In this document: piece after piece, positions 29,633 to 39,914 of the stretch
Numbering within the stretch: the first letter of the stretch is position 1
How the letters are laid out: every line of letters starts with the position of its first letter
Assembly (NCBI GenBank): GCA_963804995.1
Contig: CAWDSK010000003.1
Coordinates: forward strand, 1,440,001-1,504,000
Direction: 5' to 3'
Length of the DNA stretch: 64,000 nucleotides
Origin: an uncultured Acidobacteriota bacterium
GTDB taxonomy: Bacteria > Acidobacteriota > Terriglobia > UBA7540
Translations under genes and position numbers: made by a program
Notes under the pieces: model-generated
What the model was told of the DNA's origin: nothing
Database searches by the model: none
The model's input: the letters and a program-made list of their open reading frames with translations, nothing else

Positions 29633-30382
29633 CTACCGGTTCATTCCTGCGAACACGGTTTTCACGGTCTCAGGGTGGGTGGCAGCAACCAGTTTCTTGG
29701 CGTCTCCGATGGCGATTTCGTCGCCGCCGATTTCGAGCTCCCTCATGGTCTCCGCGATGAAGGCTTCAAGGGGCATAGGCGGGGGGCCACCGGCCGTCTT
29801 GCGGGGCCCGCCCAGCTCGGTACCGACATAGGGGGGAATCAACTCCAGCACCTTCACTCCCGAAGCTTTCAACTGGTGGCGCAAGGAGAGGGTAAAGGAA
29901 TGAACGGCGGCCTTCGAAGCGCAATAGACGGGAAAGCGCGCCAGGGGAACAAATGCCAGGCCGGAGGAAACGTTGACCAGCACGGCGTTCGCTTGCCGGG
30001 TCAAATGCGGAAGGAACTCGGCCGCCACTCGAATCACTCCCAACACGTTGGTATTGATCTCGTCGAGCAGCCCTTCCTCATCGAGCGGCATGCCCGGAGC
30101 GAGCTCCAGCCTCCGCTGCACGCCGGCGTTGTTAAACACGCAGTTAAGGGATGGGAACTCCGCCACAATTCTTCTGGCGACGCTCCGAATTGCCACGGGG
30201 TCGCGCACATCAAGCCTGAAGTAGCGCATGCCTGGGCACGCCGCCGCGATTTCCTGGAGGCGATCCTCACGCCGTCCACTGATAATGACCTGGTTTCCCA
30301 GCTTATGAAAAGCCTCAGCCAGACCCTTACCAATCCCCGACGTGCCGCCAGTAATGAAGATAGTGTTCGCGTGCATTTGCAT
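29633..30382 (-). CDS. Short-chain dehydrogenase/reductase (DltE-like)
   Basis: ITGGTSGIG, NNAG, VSSGLAFVP, YCASKAA. Confidence 0.92.
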   Translation of the reverse strand: MQMHANTIFITGGTSGIGKGLAEAFHKLGNQVIISGRREDRLQEIAAACPGMRYFRLDVRDPVAIRSVARRIVAEFPSLNCVFNNAGVQRRLELAPGMPLDEEGLLDEINTNVLGVIRVAAEFLPHLTRQANAVLVNVSSGLAFVPLARFPVYCASKAAVHSFTLSLRHQLKASGVKVLELIPPYVGTELGGPRKTAGGPPPMPLEAFIAETMRELEIGGDEIAIGDAKKLVAATHPETVKTVFAGMNR

Positions 30383-30773
30383 GGATTCATCTCCAGATGC
30401 GCTGAACGAGAACCTGTCTTGGCCCGAGCTTTGCGGCCTCGAACCACAGGCCCGATGAGGATATACCAGATTTCTCACCACATGATTGGAAGGGTGAGGC
30501 TGAAGTCATCGCCTAACAACAGAACTTGTGAACTTGAAGGACAGATTCGCCGAGAGTTTCAATCTTGAATTGAGGTTTGTGTGACTGGCCCTGGGCCCCC
30601 GGAAGGGGATGAAAACCAGAAATCATAGCCCTCTCCCGTGGGGTCGCAGATCCGCCGCGGCAGAAGAGGGTGGCGCGCTGCCGACGCTTTCACCAGTCGG
30701 AGTGAAACAGGTGAGGGGTTACTTGGTCTCTTTGGGCAATCTCCGCCCCTCGCCGGCAAATGGAAACATCAGG

Positions 30774-30829
30774 CGTATCCCGTACCCCGTATCCCGTGTC
30801 CCGTACCCCGTATCCCGTGTCCCGAATCC
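30774..30829. repeat. Tandem heptamer repeat, 8 units
   Basis: cgtatcc/cgtaccc/cgtgtcc units; a similar heptamer run lies at ~33480-33514. Confidence 0.85.
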
Positions 30830-30847
30830 CCGAACAAAGGTCCAGCG

Positions 30848-33232
30848 CTACTTTGCGGGCAACGCAAATGCAACGATATTGGGACCGATGGCCGCGGCCA
30901 CAAACTGTTTCCCGCCAACTGTATAAGTCATCGGAGAAGCCTTGTTTTCCCCATTCGTCACAAAGTGCCACAAAGACTTGCCGTTGCGTTCATCCATGGC
31001 CACAAAATCTCCATCCGGGATACTGTAGAAGATCAGGCCACCCGCAGTCGCCAACAATCCCGCGTCCCGTTTGCCCTCTGCAGTTCCGATTTGCGGCTGC
31101 TCCCAAACCAGTTGGCCAGTTTCAATATTAAGGGCGCGCACGTACTTCTTGGCAGGCTCCTCTGGAGGAGGTTTTTTCTTCCAGTCGCCGGAAGAAAGTA
31201 GGGCCACGCACTTCTCAATCGCCACGAAATAGTAGAGCCGAGTTTTTGGGCTGAAGGCGCTGGAATTCCAATTCGCAGCGGTTTCCGGACAGCTTTCGTC
31301 GGTTTCCTCAAGCAACTGAGGGCGGCCGTCGGGGCCAATCCCGCTCGCCCAAGTGATCCTGTTTATGAAAGGCTTGGCCAGCAGGACCTTGCCGTTCGTC
31401 CGGTCGAGCACATAGAAGAACCCGTTGCGATTGGCGAGAATCAGAATTTTCCGGTCTTCTCCACGATAGCGTGTGTCGACCAAAACCGCCGGCTCCGTCG
31501 CGTCCCAAACGTGAACATCATGAGGAGTGAATTGGTAGTACCACTTTATTTCGCCGGTATCGGGATTGAGAGCCAGGACGCAATCCGTGTAAAGGTTGTC
31601 GCCCATGCGATCGCGGCCGTTGGTCCCGGGAAAAGGAGTGGCGGTGGTCCAGTACAATGTATCGGTTTCCCCGTCATACGACCCAGTGACCCAGGTGGAT
31701 CCGCCTCCCTCTTTCGGTTCAGGGCCCTGCCAGGTTTCAATACCGGGCTCACCCTTGGCGGGGACGGTCCAGCGTCTCCACACGCGCTCGCCCGTATCGA
31801 CGTTGTAGGCGGAGATAAAACCGCGAATCCCCCAGTCAGCCCCCGCCACGCCCCCAATCACCACGTTCTTAACCACCAAGGGCGCCACGGTTGATCCGTA
31901 ATGCTGAGGCTCATCAACCATGTTCTGGTCCCAGACCACTCTGCCTGTGGTACGATTCAGGGCGATGAGGTGAGCGTCGTCGGTGCACATGAACACCTTG
32001 TCTCCGGAGATCGCGACACCGCGGTTCGTACCAAGCGACATATCCCCCACCAGTCCCCGGCTGCGCGGTCGGGTAAATTCCCAAATCTCCCGCCCCGTTC
32101 GGGCATCCAGCGCGAAGACCCGCAACGCCCCGGTGATATACATGACGCCGTCGGCTACCAGGGGTGTCGTTTCGAGGCCAAAGTACTTCATGTTCTCGTT
32201 AAAGTAGGCCGTGTCGGGGAGCAGATTCCTCCACAGCGGAACCGTGAAGATCCACTTCGGCTCAAGTTGATTTACGTTGGTCGTGTTGATCTGATTCAGC
32301 TCACTGTAACGGTTGGCATTGAGAGTTCCGTTGTAGGTCAACCAGTCACCTGGCTTCGGATGCAGGATGCGAGCGAAGTCAATGTCGCCTTCCTGATGGG
32401 AAGCGGTGGGGGCCAGAACGCCGGGCTTAACGCCGGTCAAGCGGCTGAGGTAAGCGATGAGATTTTGCAGTTCCTCCGGCGTGGCTGCAACCGGCGGCAT
32501 GACCGCTCCCTTTTCTTCCTGGATTGAAGCAATCTGCCCCGGCTCGAGCAGGTGCAACTTTCCCTGCAGGTCTTCCACCCGGATATCAAAATTGGTCCGG
32601 CTCCGGGCGAAGCCTCGAATGGCCTTTCCATCCCGCAAGTGCACGGTGACCAGCTCGTAGCCAGGGGTGATGCGCGTATCGGGTTTCGCCAAGGTTGATT
32701 GTATTTCCGCAAGCGTCAATTCATGTCCCAGGCTCAACAAGTCCGGTCCGATTGGAGACCCGTGGCCTGAAACCATGTGGCAGGAACCGCATTTCCCTCT
32801 GCCGAAGAAGAACTGCTCACCCGCTGCGGTGTCGCCGGGCACGTTGCTATCTGCCGCCTGGGCATTCAGGGAGCGCACAAATGCGGCGAGGGCGTCGAGT
32901 TGTGCGTCGGGAAGGTCAAAAGGCGGCATGCCGGTGTTGGGAATCCCGTTCTTGATGGTGTTCCGAATCCGCTGACCGCCCCGGCCACGCAGTCGGCGGT
33001 CCCCGGCCAGTGGTGGGCCTTGGTCCGTACCCCGGGCATCAGCGCCATGACAACCAATGCAGTTTTCCGAAAATACTTTCTGGCCGAGAGCCAGATCCGC
33101 CGGCGCGGCAGGAGGGTTCTGCCCCCAGAGGAGCGAGGGGCTGAGGGCCAGCGCGAGGATTGCTGCACTCAGTCCCATGCATCGAGCGCGGCCAAAAGCG
33201 ATTGAGTCATTCTTGTTCATCATGTTTGTCAT
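30848..33232 (-). CDS. PQQ-type beta-propeller dehydrogenase with two N-terminal cytochrome c domains
   Basis: CIGCH and CGSCH heme motifs; WLTYNG...RYS.L.QI, ETTPLV.DG, NRG, NRNGFFYVLDR, ASPMTY; start uncertain (33223-33262). Confidence 0.88.
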   Translation of the reverse strand: MTNMMNKNDSIAFGRARCMGLSAAILALALSPSLLWGQNPPAAPADLALGQKVFSENCIGCHGADARGTDQGPPLAGDRRLRGRGGQRIRNTIKNGIPNTGMPPFDLPDAQLDALAAFVRSLNAQAADSNVPGDTAAGEQFFFGRGKCGSCHMVSGHGSPIGPDLLSLGHELTLAEIQSTLAKPDTRITPGYELVTVHLRDGKAIRGFARSRTNFDIRVEDLQGKLHLLEPGQIASIQEEKGAVMPPVAATPEELQNLIAYLSRLTGVKPGVLAPTASHQEGDIDFARILHPKPGDWLTYNGTLNANRYSELNQINTTNVNQLEPKWIFTVPLWRNLLPDTAYFNENMKYFGLETTPLVADGVMYITGALRVFALDARTGREIWEFTRPRSRGLVGDMSLGTNRGVAISGDKVFMCTDDAHLIALNRTTGRVVWDQNMVDEPQHYGSTVAPLVVKNVVIGGVAGADWGIRGFISAYNVDTGERVWRRWTVPAKGEPGIETWQGPEPKEGGGSTWVTGSYDGETDTLYWTTATPFPGTNGRDRMGDNLYTDCVLALNPDTGEIKWYYQFTPHDVHVWDATEPAVLVDTRYRGEDRKILILANRNGFFYVLDRTNGKVLLAKPFINRITWASGIGPDGRPQLLEETDESCPETAANWNSSAFSPKTRLYYFVAIEKCVALLSSGDWKKKPPPEEPAKKYVRALNIETGQLVWEQPQIGTAEGKRDAGLLATAGGLIFYSIPDGDFVAMDERNGKSLWHFVTNGENKASPMTYTVGGKQFVAAAIGPNIVAFALPAK

Positions 33233-33533
33233 GGGCTGAAAACGCTGAGGGGGAAATTCCAATCACGCGCCCGCCGGACGTTACCCCCTCTGGCGACGCT
33301 GACATCCAAGAAGCTTGTTTAACTTTTGCCCTGTATTCCTTAGGCTAACGGCAACCCGACTACACGAAACTAGCTCCGTTTTTTTGAGACTCGTAGTATC
33401 CGCAGCCTATTAAGGCCTTGTCAAGCGGAAACCCGGGTGTCGGGTAAAGACGAGACTCAACATTGGCTAGCTGCAGGTCAAATTCCGGGTTCCGAGTTTC
33501 GAATTTCGAGTTTCGCCCCTGACACCTGATTCT

Positions 33534-34983
33534 CTAACCCGCGCCCAGACCCACGCCGTTAAGCTCGCTCGTGTCCATGGTTCCATCGGTGATATGGAAA
33601 ATCCCCGGGAGTTTCTTCTCCCAGCCGGCATTGGCAGAGGGGATGAACTGACGGGCGTTAGCTTCAATCGCAGCCACGCCGGGCACGTGGGCGGAAAGGC
33701 TGGCGGATTGGACCAGCGAGGCTCCCGGGCAAGTGAGGTCCTGCACGCAGAGAAACATTTTGTATTTCTGTGCCGCCGCGGCAATCAACAGCGACTCGCT
33801 CTGCCCTTTGCAGGTTTTCATCGCCACACCCGTGTAACCCACCTCTCGCGCCAGCCGCAACCGATCGAGTCCGGTCAGTGATTCGTCAATGACCACCGGC
33901 TTCAGTTTCGCGGCTTCGAACATCACGTTTTGCCGGTTGTGCTCGAGATCGCGCGCTGTCGGTTGTTCAACATATTGAATGCGGTCATAGGTCCGGGAGG
34001 ATTTCTCCTTCACCTGGTGGAGAAAATCCAGCAGGTAAGCGACGTTCTTGCATCGCTCGTTGAAGTCCAGCGAAAAGACCCACTGATTGACGCCGCGCTT
34101 GTGCTCCGCCTCCTCCACCACCCGGCCAATGGCGTGCACCCGGTCCACATCCCAATTCAGATTGTCGCCATCCAGCTTGATTTTAAAATGGGTCAGGCCG
34201 TTGTAGGGGATCCATTCCGCCAGGGTTTCCGGAAGCCCGTCGTTGATGGGTTTCTTGACGTCGGAAGCGACCAGAGGGTCAACCGCTCCGATCAAATGGT
34301 ACATGGGCATGCGAGGCCGCGGTTCTTTCAGGAGGTAGTGATCGAGTTGCTCGCCCTTGAATTCCGGACCATTGTAGTGCGCAAGGTCATAGGACATGAA
34401 TTCCGGGCCATACGTGTGGTAGCAGTTCAGGTGATGGACTTTGCCAAACGCGTCGTGTACGGCGGCATCAAAGGGGCTGGCGGTGACCAGCATGCAGAGC
34501 TTGGGAATGGGCTCCGCCAATTTCATTTCATTCGAGACGTCCGCAGCCGCCTGAAGGTACGCCGGCGCCAAAGCCCAATTGATGTCGATGGGGTGACCCG
34601 CCTTCGGGTAAGCGGCGGTGATCTTGGAAATACGTTCGGCCAGCGCTTTCATGGCCTCCAAGGTAGTTTCGGACGACACGACGGCAGAAGGAAAGGACCA
34701 GATATTGCCGAGGGGCATGGCGCCAAACCCTTGGGCGGTGTGACCACCCACGGTGCGCACCGTGCAGTTTACGGTTATGACCGTTGAGTGCGTAACCACC
34801 CTGCCGCCGAACTTCAGGGGCGTCCGCAGGACATAATCGTCATACTTGTAAGTGACGCTCTCAATGCGGATGTCAGTAGGCTTGGGAGTGACGAAACGTG
34901 AATTGCCAATCGCACGAGCTGAAGCCATAAGCGGTGCACCCAGGGCCGCGCGGAGGAATCCGCGACGGTCAGAATTCTGCATT
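33534..34983 (-). CDS. Enolase superfamily (mandelate racemase-like) protein with Tat signal
   Basis: DRRGFL; KIKL, DFNE, YVEQP, IDES, K.CKG, QDL. Confidence 0.85.
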
Positions 34984-35275
34984 TTGAAAACCTCCCGAAG
35001 AAACATTCTGACCTAATTCCTGTTGCAGGCGATAACTATATTTGGCCACTACCAAGCTGTGGTCAAAGGCGAACGCCCTGAACTGTGGCGCCCCATTTTC
35101 GGATTTTTTTGATGTTCTACTCCGGGACCTGGGTTATTCATTCTTTGATGATCTGCGCCTCAGAGTGGGATATTCTTCAGGGCTCGGAGCCATGCGATCG
35201 TTTTGATAACATATTTACGCGCGATACAAGACTTGAATCCGGCGAGGTTGATTATTCTGATGAGGAGGCGCGCCC

Positions 35276-38011
35276 ATGCCCAGGAAGCGAAATGGAACAA
35301 AGTACAAGCGTCGAGACTTTCTGAAAAAAGTCGCGGTGAGCGGAGCCTTGGCGACAACATCCAGCGGCTTGCCTGCCGCAGCCAAAGCGGCGAAGCCTTC
35401 GCGTGCGCAGGGGGTTTCCGGGCTGAACGCTCCCCGGGCATCCGACTCCGCAATCAATTACCCACGAGCGTTCACTGGTCCTCATCTGAAGACAATCGCT
35501 TTCCCCCTCGGTGGGATTGGTACCGGCACTATTTCGCTTGGCGGGCGGGGGCAACTGCGTGACTGGGAAATTTTCAATCGGCCCGACAAGGGTAACTCTC
35601 CCAAATACGCCTTTGCTGCTGTTTGGGCACAGGCCGAAGGCAGACAACCGGTAGCTCGGGTCCTGGAAGTGCAGCTTACGCCCCCCTACGAAGGAAGCTC
35701 CGGCCTGGGGGCGAACAACGTCCCGGGCCTGCCCCGGCTGGAAAGTGCCACGTTCACCGGTGCTTATCCTTTCGCGCGCCTTCAATTTCAGGACGCCAGC
35801 TTCCCTCTCGGCATAGAACTTGAGGCGTTCAACCCGCTGGTCCCCTTGGACGTTGAAGCCTCAGCCCTGCCCGTCGCCATCCTGCGCTATACCCTCAAGA
35901 ATCCGCAATCGGTACCGGTCAAAGTGGGTTTGGCGTGGAGCCTGGAGAACCCCGTGGGCAAAGAGGGAAGGCAGACCGCCTTTCGGCAAAATGAGGCGGT
36001 GGCGGGGTTGTATATGGACAACCCTTTCCTGCCCGCTCAAGATCCGCTTAAAGGGTCCATCGTGCTTGGAGTTATGGGTGGGGACGCGGCACGTATCAGT
36101 TACCTGCGAGGATGGAAGAGGGCGGCGTGGTGGGATGGGCCGCTGACCTTCTGGGATGACTTTTCAGCCGACGGCGCACTGGAAAGCGGCTCACCTGCGC
36201 TCAGCCCGGTGGGGTCACTTGCCACCACTCAATCCATCCCCGCGGGTGGCGCCGCGTCTGTCACCTTTTTCCTGAGCTGGCACTTTCCCAACCGCACGCC
36301 TGAACGTTGCGGGTGGGAGGCAGCAAGCGACGAGGACAAGAAACTAGTGGTCGGAAATGCCTATTGCCAGCGCTTCAAGGACGCCTGGGAAGTGGCTCAG
36401 TTCCTCGCGCGTGAACTTCCTAAGCTCGAGGGCCGGACCCGTAAGTTTGCGGAGGCGGTTGAATCTTCCACGCTGCCGCCGGTCGCGCTGGATGCGGCAA
36501 TGAGCAATCTTTCCACCCTGCGCACCGCCACGGCTTTCCGTACGGCCGACGGCGAGTTCCACGGCTTCGAGGGCTGCGACGATGTAAGTGGATGCTGCCA
36601 CGGTAACTGCACGCACGTCTGGAATTACGAGCAGGCCATGGCAAATGTCTTCCCCTCCCTGGCACATTCGGTCCGTGAGTCGGAATTCCTGCGCAATACC
36701 GCCGCCAACGGGTTTATGGGATTTCGCTCCTACCTCCCTGATGGCAAGAAGATATTTGAGACAGCCGCCGCGGACGGGCAGATGGGTTGCCTGATGAAGC
36801 TTTATCGTGATTGGCAGCTTTCCGGCGACACGGAATGGCTGCGGCGCCTTTGGCCGAGCGCCAAACGCGCCCTGGAATTCGCGTGGGTTCAATATGGCTG
36901 GGATGGCGACCGTGACGGTGTGATGGAGGGCGTCCAGCACAACACGTACGATGTGGAGTTTTACGGCCCCAACCCTCTCTGCGGCGTGTGGTACCTCGGC
37001 GCTTTGCGGGCGGGAGAGGAGATGGCGCGGGCCCTGGGGGATGAGGTCTCCGCGCGGGAGTACCGGCGCCTTTTTGAGGGCGGCTCGAAGTGGATCGATG
37101 CCAACCTCTTCAATGGGCAGTTCTACATTCAGAAGGTGGTCGGCCGGCCCGCCGCACAGGTTCTCCCGGAATTCTGCGGCGGCGATGGCGCGGCCAACCC
37201 CGAATCGCCCGATTACCAGATGGGTGAGGCCTGCTTGTGCGACCAGTTGTTGGGACAGTACATGGCTCACCTGGTGGGCTTGGGTTACCTGCTGGACGAA
37301 GACCATGTGCGCACCACGGTTCAATCCATTTACCGAAATAACTACAGGCCTACTCTGACCCACCACGAATGTGTGCAACGGACTTACGCTCTGAACGACG
37401 AGGGGGGTGTACTGGTCGCAACCTATCCTTTGGGGAAGCGGCCGGAGATTCCATTTCCCTATTTCGCTGAGGTCTGGAGCGGCATCGAATATCAGTTTGC
37501 CACGCACCTGATTTGCGAGGGCATGACAGAGGCGGGACTGGCCATCGTGGAAACGGTTCGTCGCCGTCACGATGGCGAGCGCCGCAATCCCTGGAATGAG
37601 CCGGAATGCGGCCACCATTATGCACGCCCCATGGCAAGTTGGGCGCTCGTGATTGCCTTGAGCGGCTTCCATTATTCCGGCGTGGAAGGAAAGTTAACTC
37701 TGATTCCGCGCGTTGCTGACTCGAACTTTCGCTCGTTCTGGACGGCCCCCTCGGGCTGGGGAAGCTTGGCGCAGTCACGTTCGGCCGGCAGCCTCGACAC
37801 GCAGGTTACTGCGGAGGAAGGTTCGCTGACCGTTCGCAGGCTTGTGCTGGGTCGCAATGGCCAGGGAGGGCTGAAGAACGTTTCGGCAACGCTGGGTGGT
37901 GAAACGGTCGAGGCCGAGCTGCGCCAGCAAGGAAAAGAGCGGCTCATAACTTTCCGAAGGGAACTGCGCCTCGTTCCCAATCGTCCCCTTGTTATAAATC
38001 TGAAGGCGTGA
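35276..38011 (+). CDS. GH116 glycoside hydrolase with Tat signal
   Basis: KRRDFL; FPLGGIGTG, GFEG...GNCTHVWNY, AADGQ, QHNTYD, WNEPECGHHYAR. Confidence 0.92.
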   Translation: MPRKRNGTKYKRRDFLKKVAVSGALATTSSGLPAAAKAAKPSRAQGVSGLNAPRASDSAINYPRAFTGPHLKTIAFPLGGIGTGTISLGGRGQLRDWEIFNRPDKGNSPKYAFAAVWAQAEGRQPVARVLEVQLTPPYEGSSGLGANNVPGLPRLESATFTGAYPFARLQFQDASFPLGIELEAFNPLVPLDVEASALPVAILRYTLKNPQSVPVKVGLAWSLENPVGKEGRQTAFRQNEAVAGLYMDNPFLPAQDPLKGSIVLGVMGGDAARISYLRGWKRAAWWDGPLTFWDDFSADGALESGSPALSPVGSLATTQSIPAGGAASVTFFLSWHFPNRTPERCGWEAASDEDKKLVVGNAYCQRFKDAWEVAQFLARELPKLEGRTRKFAEAVESSTLPPVALDAAMSNLSTLRTATAFRTADGEFHGFEGCDDVSGCCHGNCTHVWNYEQAMANVFPSLAHSVRESEFLRNTAANGFMGFRSYLPDGKKIFETAAADGQMGCLMKLYRDWQLSGDTEWLRRLWPSAKRALEFAWVQYGWDGDRDGVMEGVQHNTYDVEFYGPNPLCGVWYLGALRAGEEMARALGDEVSAREYRRLFEGGSKWIDANLFNGQFYIQKVVGRPAAQVLPEFCGGDGAANPESPDYQMGEACLCDQLLGQYMAHLVGLGYLLDEDHVRTTVQSIYRNNYRPTLTHHECVQRTYALNDEGGVLVATYPLGKRPEIPFPYFAEVWSGIEYQFATHLICEGMTEAGLAIVETVRRRHDGERRNPWNEPECGHHYARPMASWALVIALSGFHYSGVEGKLTLIPRVADSNFRSFWTAPSGWGSLAQSRSAGSLDTQVTAEEGSLTVRRLVLGRNGQGGLKNVSATLGGETVEAELRQQGKERLITFRRELRLVPNRPLVINLKA

Positions 38012-38211
38012 GCCCCTTTCGCTGGCGCCACGATGGGGCTCACAAAGTGGCAGGCTTCCCTTGGTTCGTAGGCTAAGGTCATAAGCCGAATCTTCTCGCT
38101 CTGGGCGGGAAAAGGTATTCGAGCCGCGCGCCAATGCCTCGGAGTAGTGATACTATCTCGCGGGGATGGCTTGATCACTGGGTTGCGGCTCCACCGCGCT
38201 AAGCTACCTGC

Positions 38212-39570
38212 TTGTTGGAAATCGCGAAGGACATCGTGGTGATTAATTCCAATCCGAAACCGACCGTGGTGCGAAAGAGAATCCTCGCCATCCTCGTGCT
38301 CTTCAGCCTTTTCTGTTATCTGCTCAGGATGAACATCTCGGTCGCGCAGCAGTTCATGGTCCCTGAGTTGGGATTGAGCGACATTCAAGTCGGTCAAATC
38401 TTCAGCGCGTTCATGGTGGGGTACGCACTGTTCCAAGTTCCCACCGGCGTTTGGGGAGATCGCAAAGGCCCGCGCTTCGTCCTGGCTGTGGCAATGCTGA
38501 GCTGGGGTGTCATGTCTTTGCTGACGGGGCTTATACCCGGACTCGTGGTGCGGGGTGCAGCCGCCGCCTTCATCTCCTTGTTGATTTTGCGCTTCCTGTT
38601 GGGCGTGGGAGAAGCCGCGATGTATCCGGTGGCGGGCCGGGTGGTAGCCAACTGGATGCCCGTCCAGGAACATGCGTTCTCGAACGCGGTGGTGATGGCT
38701 GGTAATACGGTCGGCTCGGCCCTGGCGCCGCCGCTGATTGCCTACCTGATGCAGAACTTCGGCTGGCGATTCTCTTTTTACCTGACAGGCTTCTTCCCTT
38801 TTGGCCTCGCGCTGCTGTGGTGGTGGCAAGCCCGCGATCACCCGGAGCAACACCCCGCAGTGAACCAGCAGGAACTCGCCCTGATTGCGGGTGGTCGGAA
38901 GGCAACGAGCGCAATGAGTCACGCTTCCTCCTGGTGGGCCTTGTGCAGGAATTGGAATATCGTGTTTCTTTGCCTGAGTTACTTTCTCACCAGCTACGTC
39001 ATGTTCGTCTTTGTATTTTGGCTGTACAAATACTTCGTGGACGTGCGGAAGTTTACGGTCATGGGTGGGGGTTGGGCCCTCAGCCTGCCCTTTGTAGTGG
39101 CCACGGTGGCGCTGCCGTCGATCGGCTACCTGAGTGACCGTCTCGCAGCCCGCCGGGGAGCCCTTACCGGACGCCGGACAGTGGCGATGGGCTGTTTGGT
39201 GTTTTGCGGGCTCATGCTGCTCGCGGGAGCGGAGGCCACCAGACCTTGGATGGCAGTCGCCACCATCTCGCTGAGCGTCGCCTTCCTGTTCAGCACCGAG
39301 GGCCCCTATTGGTCGACGATCATCAGGCTGGCAGGCCCGAATGCCGGCGCCGCGGGTGGCCTGATGAATATGGTGGGCAATCTCGGTGGTGCGGTTTCGA
39401 CTGCGGTGGTGCCGTTCCTGGTGCATATGATGGGTTGGCTCGGGGCGCTCGCCAGCGCATCGCTCTCGGCCTTCATCGGTGCGGCCTTCTGGCTGCTCAT
39501 CCGCGCTGACTCCAAATTGCCGGTTGAGACGTTGAGCGGGACAGAGGCGACCGCGGGAGCAGCAAGTTGA
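38212..39570 (+). CDS. MFS transporter, anion:cation symporter-like (sugar-acid type)
   Basis: RMNISVA, GYALFQVPTG.WGDR.GPR, RFLLGVGEA..YP; start uncertain (38212-38267). Confidence 0.88.
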   Translation: MLEIAKDIVVINSNPKPTVVRKRILAILVLFSLFCYLLRMNISVAQQFMVPELGLSDIQVGQIFSAFMVGYALFQVPTGVWGDRKGPRFVLAVAMLSWGVMSLLTGLIPGLVVRGAAAAFISLLILRFLLGVGEAAMYPVAGRVVANWMPVQEHAFSNAVVMAGNTVGSALAPPLIAYLMQNFGWRFSFYLTGFFPFGLALLWWWQARDHPEQHPAVNQQELALIAGGRKATSAMSHASSWWALCRNWNIVFLCLSYFLTSYVMFVFVFWLYKYFVDVRKFTVMGGGWALSLPFVVATVALPSIGYLSDRLAARRGALTGRRTVAMGCLVFCGLMLLAGAEATRPWMAVATISLSVAFLFSTEGPYWSTIIRLAGPNAGAAGGLMNMVGNLGGAVSTAVVPFLVHMMGWLGALASASLSAFIGAAFWLLIRADSKLPVETLSGTEATAGAAS

Positions 39571-39914
39571 ACTGTCGAACCCAAGCCGACGAACCGTATT
39601 AGCTCCAATGCTGTTCACTTATGACCTCTCAGGGAGAATGTTTCGTGCTTGAACTAGAACCCCCTCACCCCCGGCCCCTCCCCCAAAGGGGCGAGGGGAG
39701 AGTTGATTTGAATATACTGCCCTCGCCCCCTTGGGGGAGAGGGTGGACCGTCGCCGGCGTTTTCATCAGCCGGGGCGGGACGGGTGAGGGGGTCACCCAG
39801 TAGCATATTGAGAAAACATTTCCGGAAGCCTCTTGAGTGAACAGTATTGCTATTTGCGCGAACTTGTCTTGGTTTTGACCGCCAGAAGAAATCGATAAAA
39901 CGGGGTGAATATTC

